DNA of 64,000 bases from Planctomycetota bacterium (GCA_009773755.1 WSZJ01000037.1:11903-75902); one strand, 5' to 3'. Counted from the first letter of the stretch, positions 37,697-47,314 are shown. Notes: generated from the sequence alone by a model not told the origin. Translations and numbers: made by a program.

Positions 37697-39709
37697 CTAT
37701 CGCTCAACGGACGCCTTCGCGATGCGGTCCCCGACCTCGATCGCGCGCACCACGTCCATGCCGCTCTCCAGCCGCGCGAATACCGTGTACCTGCCGTCGA
37801 GATGCGGCGCAGGCGCGCTCATGATGAACAACTGGCAACTGCCGGTGTCCTTGCCGGAGGTCGCCATCCCGACCGCGCCCGCGTCGAACGGCTCGCGCGA
37901 CCACTCGTCTCGCACCGTGAATCCCGCGTCGCCCGTGCCGTCTCCCTTCGGGTCGCCGCCCTGGATGACGAAGTTCGGCACTACCCGGTGCCACGTTTTC
38001 CCGTCGTAGAAGCCGCTCCTCACGAGACGGACGAACGACGACGCCATCGCGGGCGCAGCGCCCGGCAGCATCCGGATCCGGATCACGCCGCGCGTCGTCT
38101 CCAGCTTCACGATCATCGAGAAGCCGATCTCCTCCAGCCTGGTCGGTTCAATCGCCGCGGGAGGCGGCGCCGGCGCCGCTTCCGCGGATTCGTTGCTCGC
38201 CTTCAGAGTTTTCACGGCCTGGGCTCTCACCGCCGGCACGTCGTCCTTCGTCGCCTCGAAGGCCAGCGACCGTCCGCGCTTCGCCTTCTCGAACCACATC
38301 AGCACCGCCATCCGCGGGTCCACCATGTCCTTCCCGCCGCTGGCGCGGTACGCCTTCTCGAGCGCGGCGTCCCACGAGGCGTCCTCCTCCCTCCCCGCAA
38401 GCGCCCCCACGGCCGCTTCACGCACCCCCGCATCCGGGACGTCCAGCGCCGACTTCACGTAGCCGTCCCAGTCCGCGTGCAGCTGCGGGTGCCGCTTGTG
38501 GTGGTCCGCGATCTCGGCCATCAGCTGCACCTGGAGCGCCCTCTCGTTTCCGAGCATCACGCGTTCGAGTTCGCCGTGCGCCTTCGAGGTGCCGATCGCC
38601 ACGAGCGCCCTAACGGCCGCCCGGCGCGACATCGCGTCCCCGGATTTCAGCGCGGTCATTGACTCGTCGAAAGCCTCCATCCCGTGCCTGAATGCCTTCG
38701 CCCACAGCGCCACCCCGCGTACCGTCACGCTCGGGTGCCGCAGCGCCGCCTTGATCGTGCCGGGCGTCGCTTCGCCGCGCATCCCGAGAATCTCGAGCGC
38801 CCGGGCGATCGTCACGGACTCGCCGCCCGACGCCGCCTTGTTCAACGCTTCGCTCACTTCCCCGCTCACGCACTTTTCCAGCGCATTCACGCCCTCCCAG
38901 GCCACCCGTGGATCCGAGTCTCCCGCCGAACGGATCAGCGTCTTTTCCGCGGCCCGGGTCTTCTTTTCCTGCTCGGGATCCACGATCCGGCCCAGCGCCC
39001 GCGTCGCGAACGCCCGCACCAGCGCCTCCTGGTCGACCGTCGCTGCTTCGATCTCCGCCCGGAGCGGCGAAGCGTCAACTCTCGAGAGTCCGCACGCTGT
39101 CCGCCAGCGGGCTGCGTCATCGGGGTCGTGGAGAAGCGGCTTGAGCGCGAGCACGGCGTCCTTCAGCTTCGATTTGTCCTCATCGCTTTCCGCCCTCGCC
39201 GCCATGCGTGCGACGGCCATCCCGAGCTCACCCCGGACGCGCGCACTCGCGTCCCGCGCCATGCCCGCCGCCAGCCCGAGGTCCCCGGGTCGGCCAAGGC
39301 GACTCAGCGCCTGGATCGCCAGCGCGCGCACCTCCGGCTCGGGGCTCTTCAGCGCCGGTCGAAGAGGCTCCGCAATCGCCGGGTCGCCGATCAGCCCGAG
39401 CGCGAAGGCCGCGTCCTCGACCACTTTTGTTTCGGGGTCGCGGAGAAGCGCCGCGACGGCACTGACGGATTTCGGGTCGCCGATGCGGCCGAGCGCGAGG
39501 AGCGCGCGGCGGCGGACGGTTTCGTTTTCGTGTGAAAGGAAGGGTTCGACAAGTGCGCCCGGCGCGCGTGTGTCCTCGAGGCGCTGGATGTCGGCGATGT
39601 CCTGGGCGATGGTGCGCTCCGGTGGGTTTTCGTCGACGGGCTTTTCGGAAGAGCCGCAGCCGGCGGTGAGGATGGCGAGCGAGGCGAGGAGGGCGCGGGT
39701 TCGGTTCAT
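37697..39709 (-). CDS. HEAT-repeat lipoprotein with C-terminal cyclophilin-type PPIase
   Basis: Lipobox TAGC; HEAT repeats; GFYDGKTWHRVVPNFVIQGGDP, APHLDGRYTVF. Confidence 0.9.
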   Translation of the reverse strand: MNRTRALLASLAILTAGCGSSEKPVDENPPERTIAQDIADIQRLEDTRAPGALVEPFLSHENETVRRRALLALGRIGDPKSVSAVAALLRDPETKVVEDAAFALGLIGDPAIAEPLRPALKSPEPEVRALAIQALSRLGRPGDLGLAAGMARDASARVRGELGMAVARMAARAESDEDKSKLKDAVLALKPLLHDPDDAARWRTACGLSRVDASPLRAEIEAATVDQEALVRAFATRALGRIVDPEQEKKTRAAEKTLIRSAGDSDPRVAWEGVNALEKCVSGEVSEALNKAASGGESVTIARALEILGMRGEATPGTIKAALRHPSVTVRGVALWAKAFRHGMEAFDESMTALKSGDAMSRRAAVRALVAIGTSKAHGELERVMLGNERALQVQLMAEIADHHKRHPQLHADWDGYVKSALDVPDAGVREAAVGALAGREEDASWDAALEKAYRASGGKDMVDPRMAVLMWFEKAKRGRSLAFEATKDDVPAVRAQAVKTLKASNESAEAAPAPPPAAIEPTRLEEIGFSMIVKLETTRGVIRIRMLPGAAPAMASSFVRLVRSGFYDGKTWHRVVPNFVIQGGDPKGDGTGDAGFTVRDEWSREPFDAGAVGMATSGKDTGSCQLFIMSAPAPHLDGRYTVFARLESGMDVVRAIEVGDRIAKASVER

Positions 39710-39770
39710 GTCCGGAGAGTACAAAAGCGTGCGCCCGCCGGGCACGGATTAGGAACCGCCGGAAGTGCTT

Positions 39771-39880
39771 GTACGCAGATGAAAGTGGATCTTGCAGAAA
39801 CGTCGGCAGATACGGCGACCTTCACCGAACGGCCGGCCGTATCTGCCGACGTTTCTGCAGAATCCGCCTTATCTGCGTAC
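39771..39880. repeat. Palindromic intergenic element
   Basis: 24-bp perfect inverted repeat 39793-39816/39836-39859, extended imperfectly to GTACGCAGAT/ATCTGCGTAC ends. Confidence 0.85.
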
Positions 39881-39891
39881 GCCGTTTTTCT

Positions 39892-41610
39892 TCAGGCGAC
39901 GCACGCCGGACCGGAGCAATCGCCCTTCGCCATCGCCTGCCCCGCGCGGCAACCGTCGCGGTAGACGGTGATTCCCTTGCAGCCGGCCTCCCAGGCCGCG
40001 CGGAATGCCTCCGCCACCTGCGGCCGCGTCGCCTCTTTCGGGAAATTCACCGTCTTCGAAACGGCGCTGTCGACATGCCGCTGGAACGCCGCCTGCATGC
40101 GGACGTGCCAGGACGGCGCGATGTCCGCGGCCGTTGCGAACGCGCGCCGGATCCGCTCGGGGACCGCTTCGCAGCCGCGCACGCCGCCCGTCTTCTTCAC
40201 GTGCGCCCACACCTCCGGCCGGTCGAACCCGCCTTCGCGCGCCAGCCGCGCGAACTCCGGGTGCGCTTCCGGCAGGACTTCCCCGTCCAGCACGTGCCGG
40301 TTGAAGGCGAGGGCGAAGAGCGGCTCGATGCCGCCGCTGGTGCCGGCGAGGATCGAGAGCGTGCCGGTCGGGGCCACGGTCGAGACGGTCGCGTTGCGGA
40401 TCGGATAGCCGGAACCGCGCGCGTGGATCGACTCGGGGTAGTTCGGGAACGGGCCGCGCTCGCGGGCGAGCTGCTGAGAAGCCGCGCGCGCCGCGCGGGA
40501 AAAAGCGGCCATCGTGCGGTCGGCGAGCGCGATCGCCTCTTCCGAGTCGTACGGCACGCCCAGCAGGACAAGCGCGTCCGCCCAGCCCATGATGCCGAGG
40601 CCGATTTTGCGGTTGGCGCGCGTCAGCCGCTCAATCGCCGGCAACGGATACCGGTTGCGCTCGAGGACGTCGTCGAGGAAGCGGACCGAATCGGCGACGA
40701 CCTGTTCGAGGCGGGCGAGATCGAAGCCGGAGGGTTTGACGAAGCGCGCGAGGTTGATGGAGCCGAGCGTGCAGGCCTCGTTCGGAAGAAGCGGCTGCTC
40801 CCCACACGGATTAGTCGCCTCGATCGCGCCGAGGCCGGGAGTCGGGTTGTCGCGCTCGATGCGGTCGCGGAAGAGGATGCCGGGCTCGCCGGAGTCGTGG
40901 GCTTCCTCGACGAGCGCTTCGAAGAGCTTGTCGGCGCGAATGTGTTTCGCGACAAGGCGGGTGCGCGGGCTGACGAGCGCCCACGGCTCGCCGGCCGCGG
41001 CCTTGCGCATGAAGTCGTCTGTGACGAGAACGGAGACGTTGAAGTTCGACAGCTCGCCGCGGTCGCGCTTGGCGCGCACGAATTCCTCGACGTCCGGATG
41101 GTCGGCCGCCAGCACCGCCATGTTCGCGCCGCGCCGGAACCCGCCCTGGTTGATCGCGTTCGTCGCCGCGTTGAACACGCGGATGAACGACACCGGCCCG
41201 CTCGCCGCGCCCTGCGACGTCGCGACGCGGTCGCCTTTCGGCCGCAGCCGCGAAAACGAAAACCCGGTCCCGCCGCCGGACTTGTGGATGAGCGCGGACG
41301 CCCGCAGCGTGCCGAAAATCGAATCGATCGAATCTTCGACCGGCAGAACAAAGCACGCCGCGAGCTGCTGCAACTCGCGCCCCGCGTTCATCAGCGTCGG
41401 CGAATTCGGCAGGAAATCCCCTTCCATCATCAACTCGTGGAAGCGGCGCACCCACGGACGCGGCGAGTTGCCGAACGCCGCTTCCGCAGAAGCAATGTCG
41501 GTCGCGACGCGCAGGAAGAGCGCCTCGGGGGATTCGGCGGCGCGGCCGTTGGAATCCTTGAGGAGGTAGCGTTTTTCGAGAACGGCGCGGGCGTTGGCGG
41601 TCAGGGGCAT
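39892..41610 (-). CDS. nrdJ: Class II (adenosylcobalamin-dependent) ribonucleotide reductase
   Basis: FLPNSPTLMNAG, QLAACFV, GGGTG, RRGANM, TNPCGEQ, APTGT, KGITVYRDG. Confidence 0.93.
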   Translation of the reverse strand: MPLTANARAVLEKRYLLKDSNGRAAESPEALFLRVATDIASAEAAFGNSPRPWVRRFHELMMEGDFLPNSPTLMNAGRELQQLAACFVLPVEDSIDSIFGTLRASALIHKSGGGTGFSFSRLRPKGDRVATSQGAASGPVSFIRVFNAATNAINQGGFRRGANMAVLAADHPDVEEFVRAKRDRGELSNFNVSVLVTDDFMRKAAAGEPWALVSPRTRLVAKHIRADKLFEALVEEAHDSGEPGILFRDRIERDNPTPGLGAIEATNPCGEQPLLPNEACTLGSINLARFVKPSGFDLARLEQVVADSVRFLDDVLERNRYPLPAIERLTRANRKIGLGIMGWADALVLLGVPYDSEEAIALADRTMAAFSRAARAASQQLARERGPFPNYPESIHARGSGYPIRNATVSTVAPTGTLSILAGTSGGIEPLFALAFNRHVLDGEVLPEAHPEFARLAREGGFDRPEVWAHVKKTGGVRGCEAVPERIRRAFATAADIAPSWHVRMQAAFQRHVDSAVSKTVNFPKEATRPQVAEAFRAAWEAGCKGITVYRDGCRAGQAMAKGDCSGPACVA

Positions 41611-41634
41611 GTGGTTTCTCCGAAGGCGAACATA

Positions 41635-41662
41635 ATACTAACATGGAATTCGGCTCCGTCAA
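41635..41662 (-). promoter_or_regulatory. Putative sigma-70 promoter for nrdJ
   Basis: Minus strand TTGACG-N16-TAGTAT with TGn extended -10. Confidence 0.45.
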
Positions 41663-41748
41663 TCCCCTTCCGGAAATTACTGCCGGTAATTCCCGAACTT
41701 CGCGCCAGAATCGCGCGTCTTACCGGTACGCCCACTACGGAGCCCCGC

Positions 41749-42663
41749 ATGCGCTTCCCCGCGATCGTCCTCGCCTTCGTCGTCGCCGCTCTCCCCGTCC
41801 TCGCCGACCCACCCACCGAGCAGGACGTCCGCGGCTGGATCGCGCAGCTTTCCGACGACGATTCCGTGAAGCGCGACGAGGCGCAGCGGCGCATCGAGTC
41901 GCTCGACATCGCGTGGAAGAAAACGCTTCAGGATTCTCTCGCGGCGTCGACCGACGCCGAGGCGCGCGCGCGGCTCACCGAAATCCTGGCGAAAATAGGC
42001 CGCATCCAGTGGATAACAGACGTCACCGCCGCGGTCGCGAAGGCGCGCGCGGAAAAGAAGCCACTTCTCGTCATGGCCACCCCTGGCGCTCCCGACAGCT
42101 TCTCGTGACTCGGCGGCCACCTCATGCGAACCGTGACGTTCGCGGATGCCGACCTGTGCGCGTGGATGAACCGGACGTTCGTCCTCGCGTGGTACGACAT
42201 CAAGCCGGAAGCCACCGCCGCGGGCCTCGGCGCGCTTCAGCCCACCTACTCCAGGGAAGAAATCGCCGCCTACCCCGAGGGCGGCGGCGGCACGAACGTC
42301 CGCGCGGTCTTCTGCTCCCCTGAGGGAATCGTCCGCCACGCGACCCAGGGCTGGTGGCCCGCCGGCCGCTTCCGGGAGGAATGCGAGCGCGGCCTGGCGT
42401 GCGCCGGGGCGAAGTCGCTCGACGCGGCGAAGGATCTGCGGGCGAGGGGCGCGGACGAGCTGATCAAGGCGGCAAACGAGCTGGCCGCTGCGAATCCTGA
42501 AGAAATGAGGCGGCCCGTGCGCGAGTCCGCCGTCGCCCGGCGCGTCGCGGCGCTTCGGTTGCGCGCGACGACCTACGCTCAGATGGAAGGAGCGATCGGG
42601 CAGGAAGCGGTGATCGTGCTGGGAGACTGGGAGGAGGAGGCCGAGGGGCGGATCATGAAGTGA
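41749..42663 (+). CDS. Putative secreted selenoprotein (SelN-like thioredoxin fold), in-frame TGA at 42106-42108
   Basis: Signal peptide; ORF continues in frame across TGA (KPLLVMATPGAPDSFS*LGGHLMRTVTFAD); downstream hairpin. Confidence 0.75.
42126..42143 (+). promoter_or_regulatory. Candidate bacterial SECIS hairpin
   Basis: GCGAAC-CGTGAC-GTTCGC after a 17-nt spacer from the TGA. Confidence 0.65.
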
Positions 42664-42733
42664 GGGTAGTGAGGCGAACCCGGTCAGGGTTCAACGGAAA
42701 GTTCGGAGACGGGAGTCGGGAGACAATCCGGGA

Positions 42734-43291
42734 ATGCGGTGTTCCTTTGTGTTGCTGGCGTTGTCCGCCTGCGGGTGCGCTTCGGCGCCGCCGGCTGCGT
42801 TTTCTCTGAGCAACGACGCCGCTCGCGAACTCGCGAAGAAAGAGCGCAAACCGCTCCTCGTGCTCTCCGTCGTCGGCGACCTCGATGGCAGGTTGTGACT
42901 CGCAGCGCACGTCCTGAGAGCCGTGACGCTCTCGGATCCAGGAGTGAAGCGCTTGATCGAAGAGAACTGGGTTTCCACCTGGCACAACCAGTGCCCGGGT
43001 CTCTACTGCAACAACACGGCCGACACGCGAAAGCCGATTCCCTACCCATCGGAGCAGTTTGACACCGTGTATGAAGGCGTCGGCGGCGGGAACATCCGGC
43101 TGTTTTTCTGCGACAAAGATGGACGCATCATTTACGCCGTCACGGGGTACCTTTCGATCTCCTCGATGATGGACGCAGAGAGGTTCGCGCAATACCTCCT
43201 GCCCCTGGGCGAGCGCCACAGGAAGATCGCATGCGAGATGGAAGCCACGTCTGGCAGGTCCTCCGTGAAATCGAGGACAACATCTATCTGA
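42734..43291 (+). CDS. Putative selenoprotein lipoprotein (SelN-like), in-frame TGA at 42896-42898; C-terminus possibly frameshifted
   Basis: Lipobox-like LSACGC; KPLLVLSVVGDLDGRL*LAAHVLRAVTLSD; shares EGxGGxN(V/I)RxxFCxxxG with the paralog. Confidence 0.72.
42916..42933 (+). promoter_or_regulatory. Candidate bacterial SECIS hairpin
   Basis: GAGAGC-CGTGAC-GCTCTC after a 17-nt spacer from the TGA; two compensatory pairs versus the first copy. Confidence 0.65.
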
Positions 43292-43378
43292 AGGGCGCGA
43301 TCGGCTGAGACAGCGAATGAGCGGCGGTGCGCCGCATTCAGCGCGACAGCCCCAGACAGCCCTGCTATAACCGCATCC

Positions 43379-44008
43379 ATGACGCGCGCGGTCGATAAGT
43401 CCGGCGACTGGAAGAATCGCCTCTATAACCTCGGGTTCGAACTCTTCAATTCAGGCAAGCGCTTTGAGGCGCACGAGGAGTGGGAAGCGATCTGGCTGGA
43501 CGAGCCTAAGGGGCACCCGAACCGGCTGTTTCTGCAGGGACTGATCCAGGTCGCGGCGGCGTTTCACCGGGTGGACACGAATTTTCTGCGCGCGGCTTAC
43601 CGGCTGTTTCGATCTTCGCGGCGAAAGCTGATCCCTTACTCGCCCGGGTACAAGGGCGTCAACGTCGCTTCGCTCATTCCGCTTCTCGAAACCTGGATCG
43701 ATCGCCTGGGCTCGCTGAATCGCGGCGACGCGCCTTCGCACGCCGACTATTTCCCGATGGCGCTCGGCGGGCGCGGCTGGAACGAGGCGACGCGCGAGCC
43801 GGACGCTTCGCCTGAGGGACTGTCGACGTTCAAGGCGTTCGAGGAGTATTCGAGCGACCGGGAGGTGCGGTCCGTCTGCCCGAAATGCGGCGACGCGCTG
43901 GCCGTGAACGGCCGGCGGCGGGCGCCTGCCGAAGACGTCGAGAGCGTCTGGCGGGTCGCCTGCCCTCGCGGCTGCGTCGAGCGCGCGTTCGCGGGAGCCG
44001 GCGCGTGA
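43379..44008 (+). CDS. DUF309-family protein with C-terminal Zn-ribbon-like extension
   Basis: LFNSGKRFEAHEEWEAIW...LQGLIQVAAAFH; CPKC...CPRGC. Confidence 0.8.
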   Translation: MTRAVDKSGDWKNRLYNLGFELFNSGKRFEAHEEWEAIWLDEPKGHPNRLFLQGLIQVAAAFHRVDTNFLRAAYRLFRSSRRKLIPYSPGYKGVNVASLIPLLETWIDRLGSLNRGDAPSHADYFPMALGGRGWNEATREPDASPEGLSTFKAFEEYSSDREVRSVCPKCGDALAVNGRRRAPAEDVESVWRVACPRGCVERAFAGAGA

Positions 44009-44391
44009 GCGCGTTCGTGCACCGCGTGAAGCCCGTCTGGCGCGACATGGACGCGCTTCGGCACGTGAACAACGCGGTGTACCTGACGTATCTTGAGAAC
44101 GCGCGGGAAGCGTGGTGGAAGGACGTCGCGGGGACTTACGACATTTTTCCATTCACGCTGGTGAGGGTGGAGATCGACTACCGGTCGAGCGTGACGTGGC
44201 GGGACGAAATCGACATCAGCGTAACGGTCGCGAAGATCGGCAATTCTTCCTTCGAGCTTGCCTACCTCCTTGCGGCCGGCAAGCGCGTGGTGGCCGAGGC
44301 GCGGACAGTGCTCGTGATGATGGACGAGAAGCAGGTGAAGCCGGTGCGGATACCGGAAGAGGCACGGCAGAAGATGAAGCGCTACGAATAG
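44005..44391 (+). CDS. Acyl-CoA thioesterase (4HBT/YbgC-like)
   Basis: DMDALRHVNNAVYLTYLENAR. Confidence 0.88.
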   Translation: MSAFVHRVKPVWRDMDALRHVNNAVYLTYLENAREAWWKDVAGTYDIFPFTLVRVEIDYRSSVTWRDEIDISVTVAKIGNSSFELAYLLAAGKRVVAEARTVLVMMDEKQVKPVRIPEEARQKMKRYE

Positions 44392-44393
44392 CC

Positions 44394-45611
44394 ATGCCCA
44401 CGCTCGATGTTCTCCTGAAAGCTGCGCTGGCCGCGGGTCCGAAGTCGTCCGCGGCGCTTGCGCGCGAGGCGCTGGGGCTCTCGGGGCCTGAGGCGATCGT
44501 CGCGAAGGTCGCGGAAGCGGCACTGGCGAAGGCGTCCTGGGCGGAGCGTGACGGATCCCTCTGGCGACTGAAGGCGGAGGCACCGCTTGACGAGGAGTCC
44601 GTGTTGCTGGTCGCTACGGAAGCGGACCGTGCGGTGTGGGCGGACTGGTCCGGCAACCGCCTCGGTGAAATCAAGATCTCGGTCATCGCGGCGCTTCCGA
44701 AGGGCCGCGCCGCCATCGCCTTCGAAGCCCTCCCCGGCGCCCTTCCCCTGCGCGCACTCTGCCGTGCGCTCGACCCCGGCCGCGCGTTTACCACGGCCGC
44801 CCGCGCCGCCGAAGAATGGCGCCTCCCGCACGGCGCCGGCGACGATGCGGCGGGAGCCCTTCACACCTTGTCCGCTCTCTGGGAACGCGCCCGCGACCTC
44901 GCCGCCGAGCGCGACGTCCACGGATTCGAGGCGCTGCGTGAGTTCGCCGAGCGCCCGCGGCCGCGCCTCGACCTGGCGCCCTACCGCTTCGACGCGGAGT
45001 TCCTCTCGACGCTCCCGGAGACGCCCGGGACGTACCGGTTTCTCGACGGCGGCGGCTCGGTCTTCTACGTCGGCAAGGCGCGGAACCTGCGCAATCGCGT
45101 CGCCTCGTACTTCCTCGTGCCGCGGCAGCCGGACGCAAAGTGGCTGACCATTACAAAGCGGCTGCGCGAGATCGAGATCTCGATCGCCGGAAGCGAGCTC
45201 GAGGCGCTTCTCCATGAGCATCGCCTCATCCGGGAGCTGCGCGAAGGACTGATCAATGTCCAGTCGGCCGCGCACCCGCGCCCTTCGAGGCGGCTGCCGG
45301 AGCGCTCGATATTCATCCTCCCCTCGGCCGACGACGCGTGCGCGGCGGTGTGGCTCCACCGGCGCGGGGCGGCGCTGAAGCGGCTGGACGTGCGCCTTTC
45401 GCCGCGCGGAGTGAAAGGAGCTTCGGACGCGGCGCGGGCGTTTTTTGACGCCGTGCGTCAAACAGACGCAGAGGAACTCGCGATCGGCGAGGCCTGGCTC
45501 GGCGAGAACATCGCGGCGATCGCGCGGCTGGATCCCGACAGTCCGGATCTCGATGCCTCGCTCGCCGGAATCCTGAAAGGGGACGCCTTTTCACCCGGGG
45601 AGCGCCGATGA
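44394..45611 (+). CDS. GIY-YIG nuclease domain protein (UvrC/Cho-like)
   Basis: LPETPGTYRF...YVGKARNLRNRVASYF, SELEALLHE. Confidence 0.8.
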   Translation: MPTLDVLLKAALAAGPKSSAALAREALGLSGPEAIVAKVAEAALAKASWAERDGSLWRLKAEAPLDEESVLLVATEADRAVWADWSGNRLGEIKISVIAALPKGRAAIAFEALPGALPLRALCRALDPGRAFTTAARAAEEWRLPHGAGDDAAGALHTLSALWERARDLAAERDVHGFEALREFAERPRPRLDLAPYRFDAEFLSTLPETPGTYRFLDGGGSVFYVGKARNLRNRVASYFLVPRQPDAKWLTITKRLREIEISIAGSELEALLHEHRLIRELREGLINVQSAAHPRPSRRLPERSIFILPSADDACAAVWLHRRGAALKRLDVRLSPRGVKGASDAARAFFDAVRQTDAEELAIGEAWLGENIAAIARLDPDSPDLDASLAGILKGDAFSPGERR

Positions 45612-45673
45612 GGACTCGAGATTTCGAATTCAGGCCGAACCTCAAGGTCCGCCGCAACGTCTAATCCAGCATC

Positions 45674-46192
45674 ATGACGCTCTCGACGCCGCGAATCCTG
45701 ATTCTCCTGACCTGCGGCCTCCTCATGGTCGGCGTGCTGGCGGCCGCGGTGGGTGGATTGCAGGCAATGTCGAAATCGCCGGTCGTCATCGTTGATTCGG
45801 CCCCGGGAGGTCCGAGAAAAAACGCTTCTCCGGTGACGCCTGCCCCTCCTCCGGAAGTGCGGGTGGACCTGCCTGACGGACTCCAGGCCGGAAGCGCGGT
45901 TCGTCTCGAGACGACGATTCGCGATGACAGCAACACGCCGGTCAAGGGCGGAACGCTCAGGTTCACCTGGTTTTCCCCGGTCGGGTCGCTGGAAGGATCA
46001 TCGCGCGACGTCACGATCGCCCACCACGGACTCTATTACCTCAATTTCCGCGTTCCGGTCGACGGCCGCGTCGAGATCCGTGTACTCGATGGCAAGGGCG
46101 CGGCTTCCACCTCGTTTCGGGTCACGGACAATTCCAGACTGTCCCGCCAGCTGATCCAGCTCTCGCATCACTTTGACGTGGCGCCGCGCTGA
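45674..46192 (+). CDS. Hypothetical membrane-anchored protein
   Basis: N-terminal TM followed by beta-rich domain. Confidence 0.5.
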   Translation: MTLSTPRILILLTCGLLMVGVLAAAVGGLQAMSKSPVVIVDSAPGGPRKNASPVTPAPPPEVRVDLPDGLQAGSAVRLETTIRDDSNTPVKGGTLRFTWFSPVGSLEGSSRDVTIAHHGLYYLNFRVPVDGRVEIRVLDGKGAASTSFRVTDNSRLSRQLIQLSHHFDVAPR

Positions 46193-47256
46193 TCCGAGGC
46201 GGGGACCACGTCGATGATGACGACGTGCGGGGGGCACCAGAAACGCAGGCGCGGCGCGCTTCCCCGCTCCATTCCAATCCCGCGGGAGACCACGAGGGTC
46301 CGACCGCCGCCGAGATCGTGAGCGCCGCCCGCGGCCCAGTCGCGCGGCACGAGGGAGAGCGTGATCGGCGGCCCAAAAATCGGGATCTGCACCTGTCCGC
46401 CGTGGGTGTGCCCCGCGACGAGGAGGTCTGCCGGCGGATTGGAGAGCGCGAAATCCGGGGCGTGACCAAAGACGATCAGAAAACTGGAAACAGGCGCGAC
46501 GACGAGGTTGGTGCGGCGGGAGTCGCGAAGGGACAGTCCTATGAGGGACACCGCTCCGGCCTGGGCATCAAAAGTCACCTTTGATGTTCGAACAGGAAGT
46601 CCCGTGAAGATGTCAAGCCAGTCCCCCCAGTCGTTATCCCCTTCCACGGCAAAAACGCCTAGCGGGGCGGCGAGGGACTCTTCCAGGAAGATCCGGCGAA
46701 GGCTTTCATGCTGGGTTCGCCTTCGAGCGTCGTCCTCTTCCTCGATGTAGTCCCCGCAGAGGAGCACGAGGTCGGGCTTCTCCTGCATGGCGGCACGAAC
46801 GGCGCGACGCTCGTGCGCACCGACGTCGTCCGTCTGGATGTCGGCGAGGATGGCGATACGGATCGGAGACTTCAACTTGGCGGAAGTGAGCCGGATGTGC
46901 TCGACCTCGAGGCGCTTCGGTTCAATAAGGAATGCGTCCGTCGCGACGGCCAGTACCACGGCAGCCGCTGAAGCGAATGCGACGCGTGCCCGACCTTTCG
47001 CCAGCACAGCTAGCGCGAGAAAGAGAAAGGGGCCGTGCGCGAAAACTCCCCAGGCCCAGAGTCGCATCACCGCGAATCCCTCCTGAGCCACCGGGAGGGA
47101 GAGGGCCAGGGCGACGAGCAGAGGAAGGGCGAGGCGGGTTGCGGCCCGTCCCGTCGTCGCGCCGGTGGCGCGGAGGCGGAGGAAGAGGCCGATCTCTGCG
47201 GCGGCGAGGAGGACGTTCCAGCCGATTTCGATGGCGGGACTCACGTCCTGATTCAA
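46168..47256 (-). CDS. Membrane metallophosphoesterase (YkuE-like)
   Basis: N-terminal TMs; ADIQ, CGDY, GHAPD, GHTHGGQV, VSRGIG. Confidence 0.85.
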   Translation of the reverse strand: MNQDVSPAIEIGWNVLLAAAEIGLFLRLRATGATTGRAATRLALPLLVALALSLPVAQEGFAVMRLWAWGVFAHGPFLFLALAVLAKGRARVAFASAAAVVLAVATDAFLIEPKRLEVEHIRLTSAKLKSPIRIAILADIQTDDVGAHERRAVRAAMQEKPDLVLLCGDYIEEEDDARRRTQHESLRRIFLEESLAAPLGVFAVEGDNDWGDWLDIFTGLPVRTSKVTFDAQAGAVSLIGLSLRDSRRTNLVVAPVSSFLIVFGHAPDFALSNPPADLLVAGHTHGGQVQIPIFGPPITLSLVPRDWAAGGAHDLGGGRTLVVSRGIGMERGSAPRLRFWCPPHVVIIDVVPASDQRGATSK

Positions 47257-47314
47257 CGACTCGCGTCTGAATTAGACCAGCCGGAACGACCTGCGGGATA
47301 TCGTGTCGGGCTCG

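Noticed and set aside
42106-42898. Genome-wide UGA reassignment (Trp or Gly) as the explanation for the in-frame TGAs
   Set aside because: Many intact genes here end in TGA, often with ATGA/GTGA overlaps, and Trp is TGG-encoded
39892-43291. SelN-like proteins as electron donors for the divergent NrdJ
   Set aside because: Both have export signals while NrdJ is cytoplasmic; adjacency alone is insufficient
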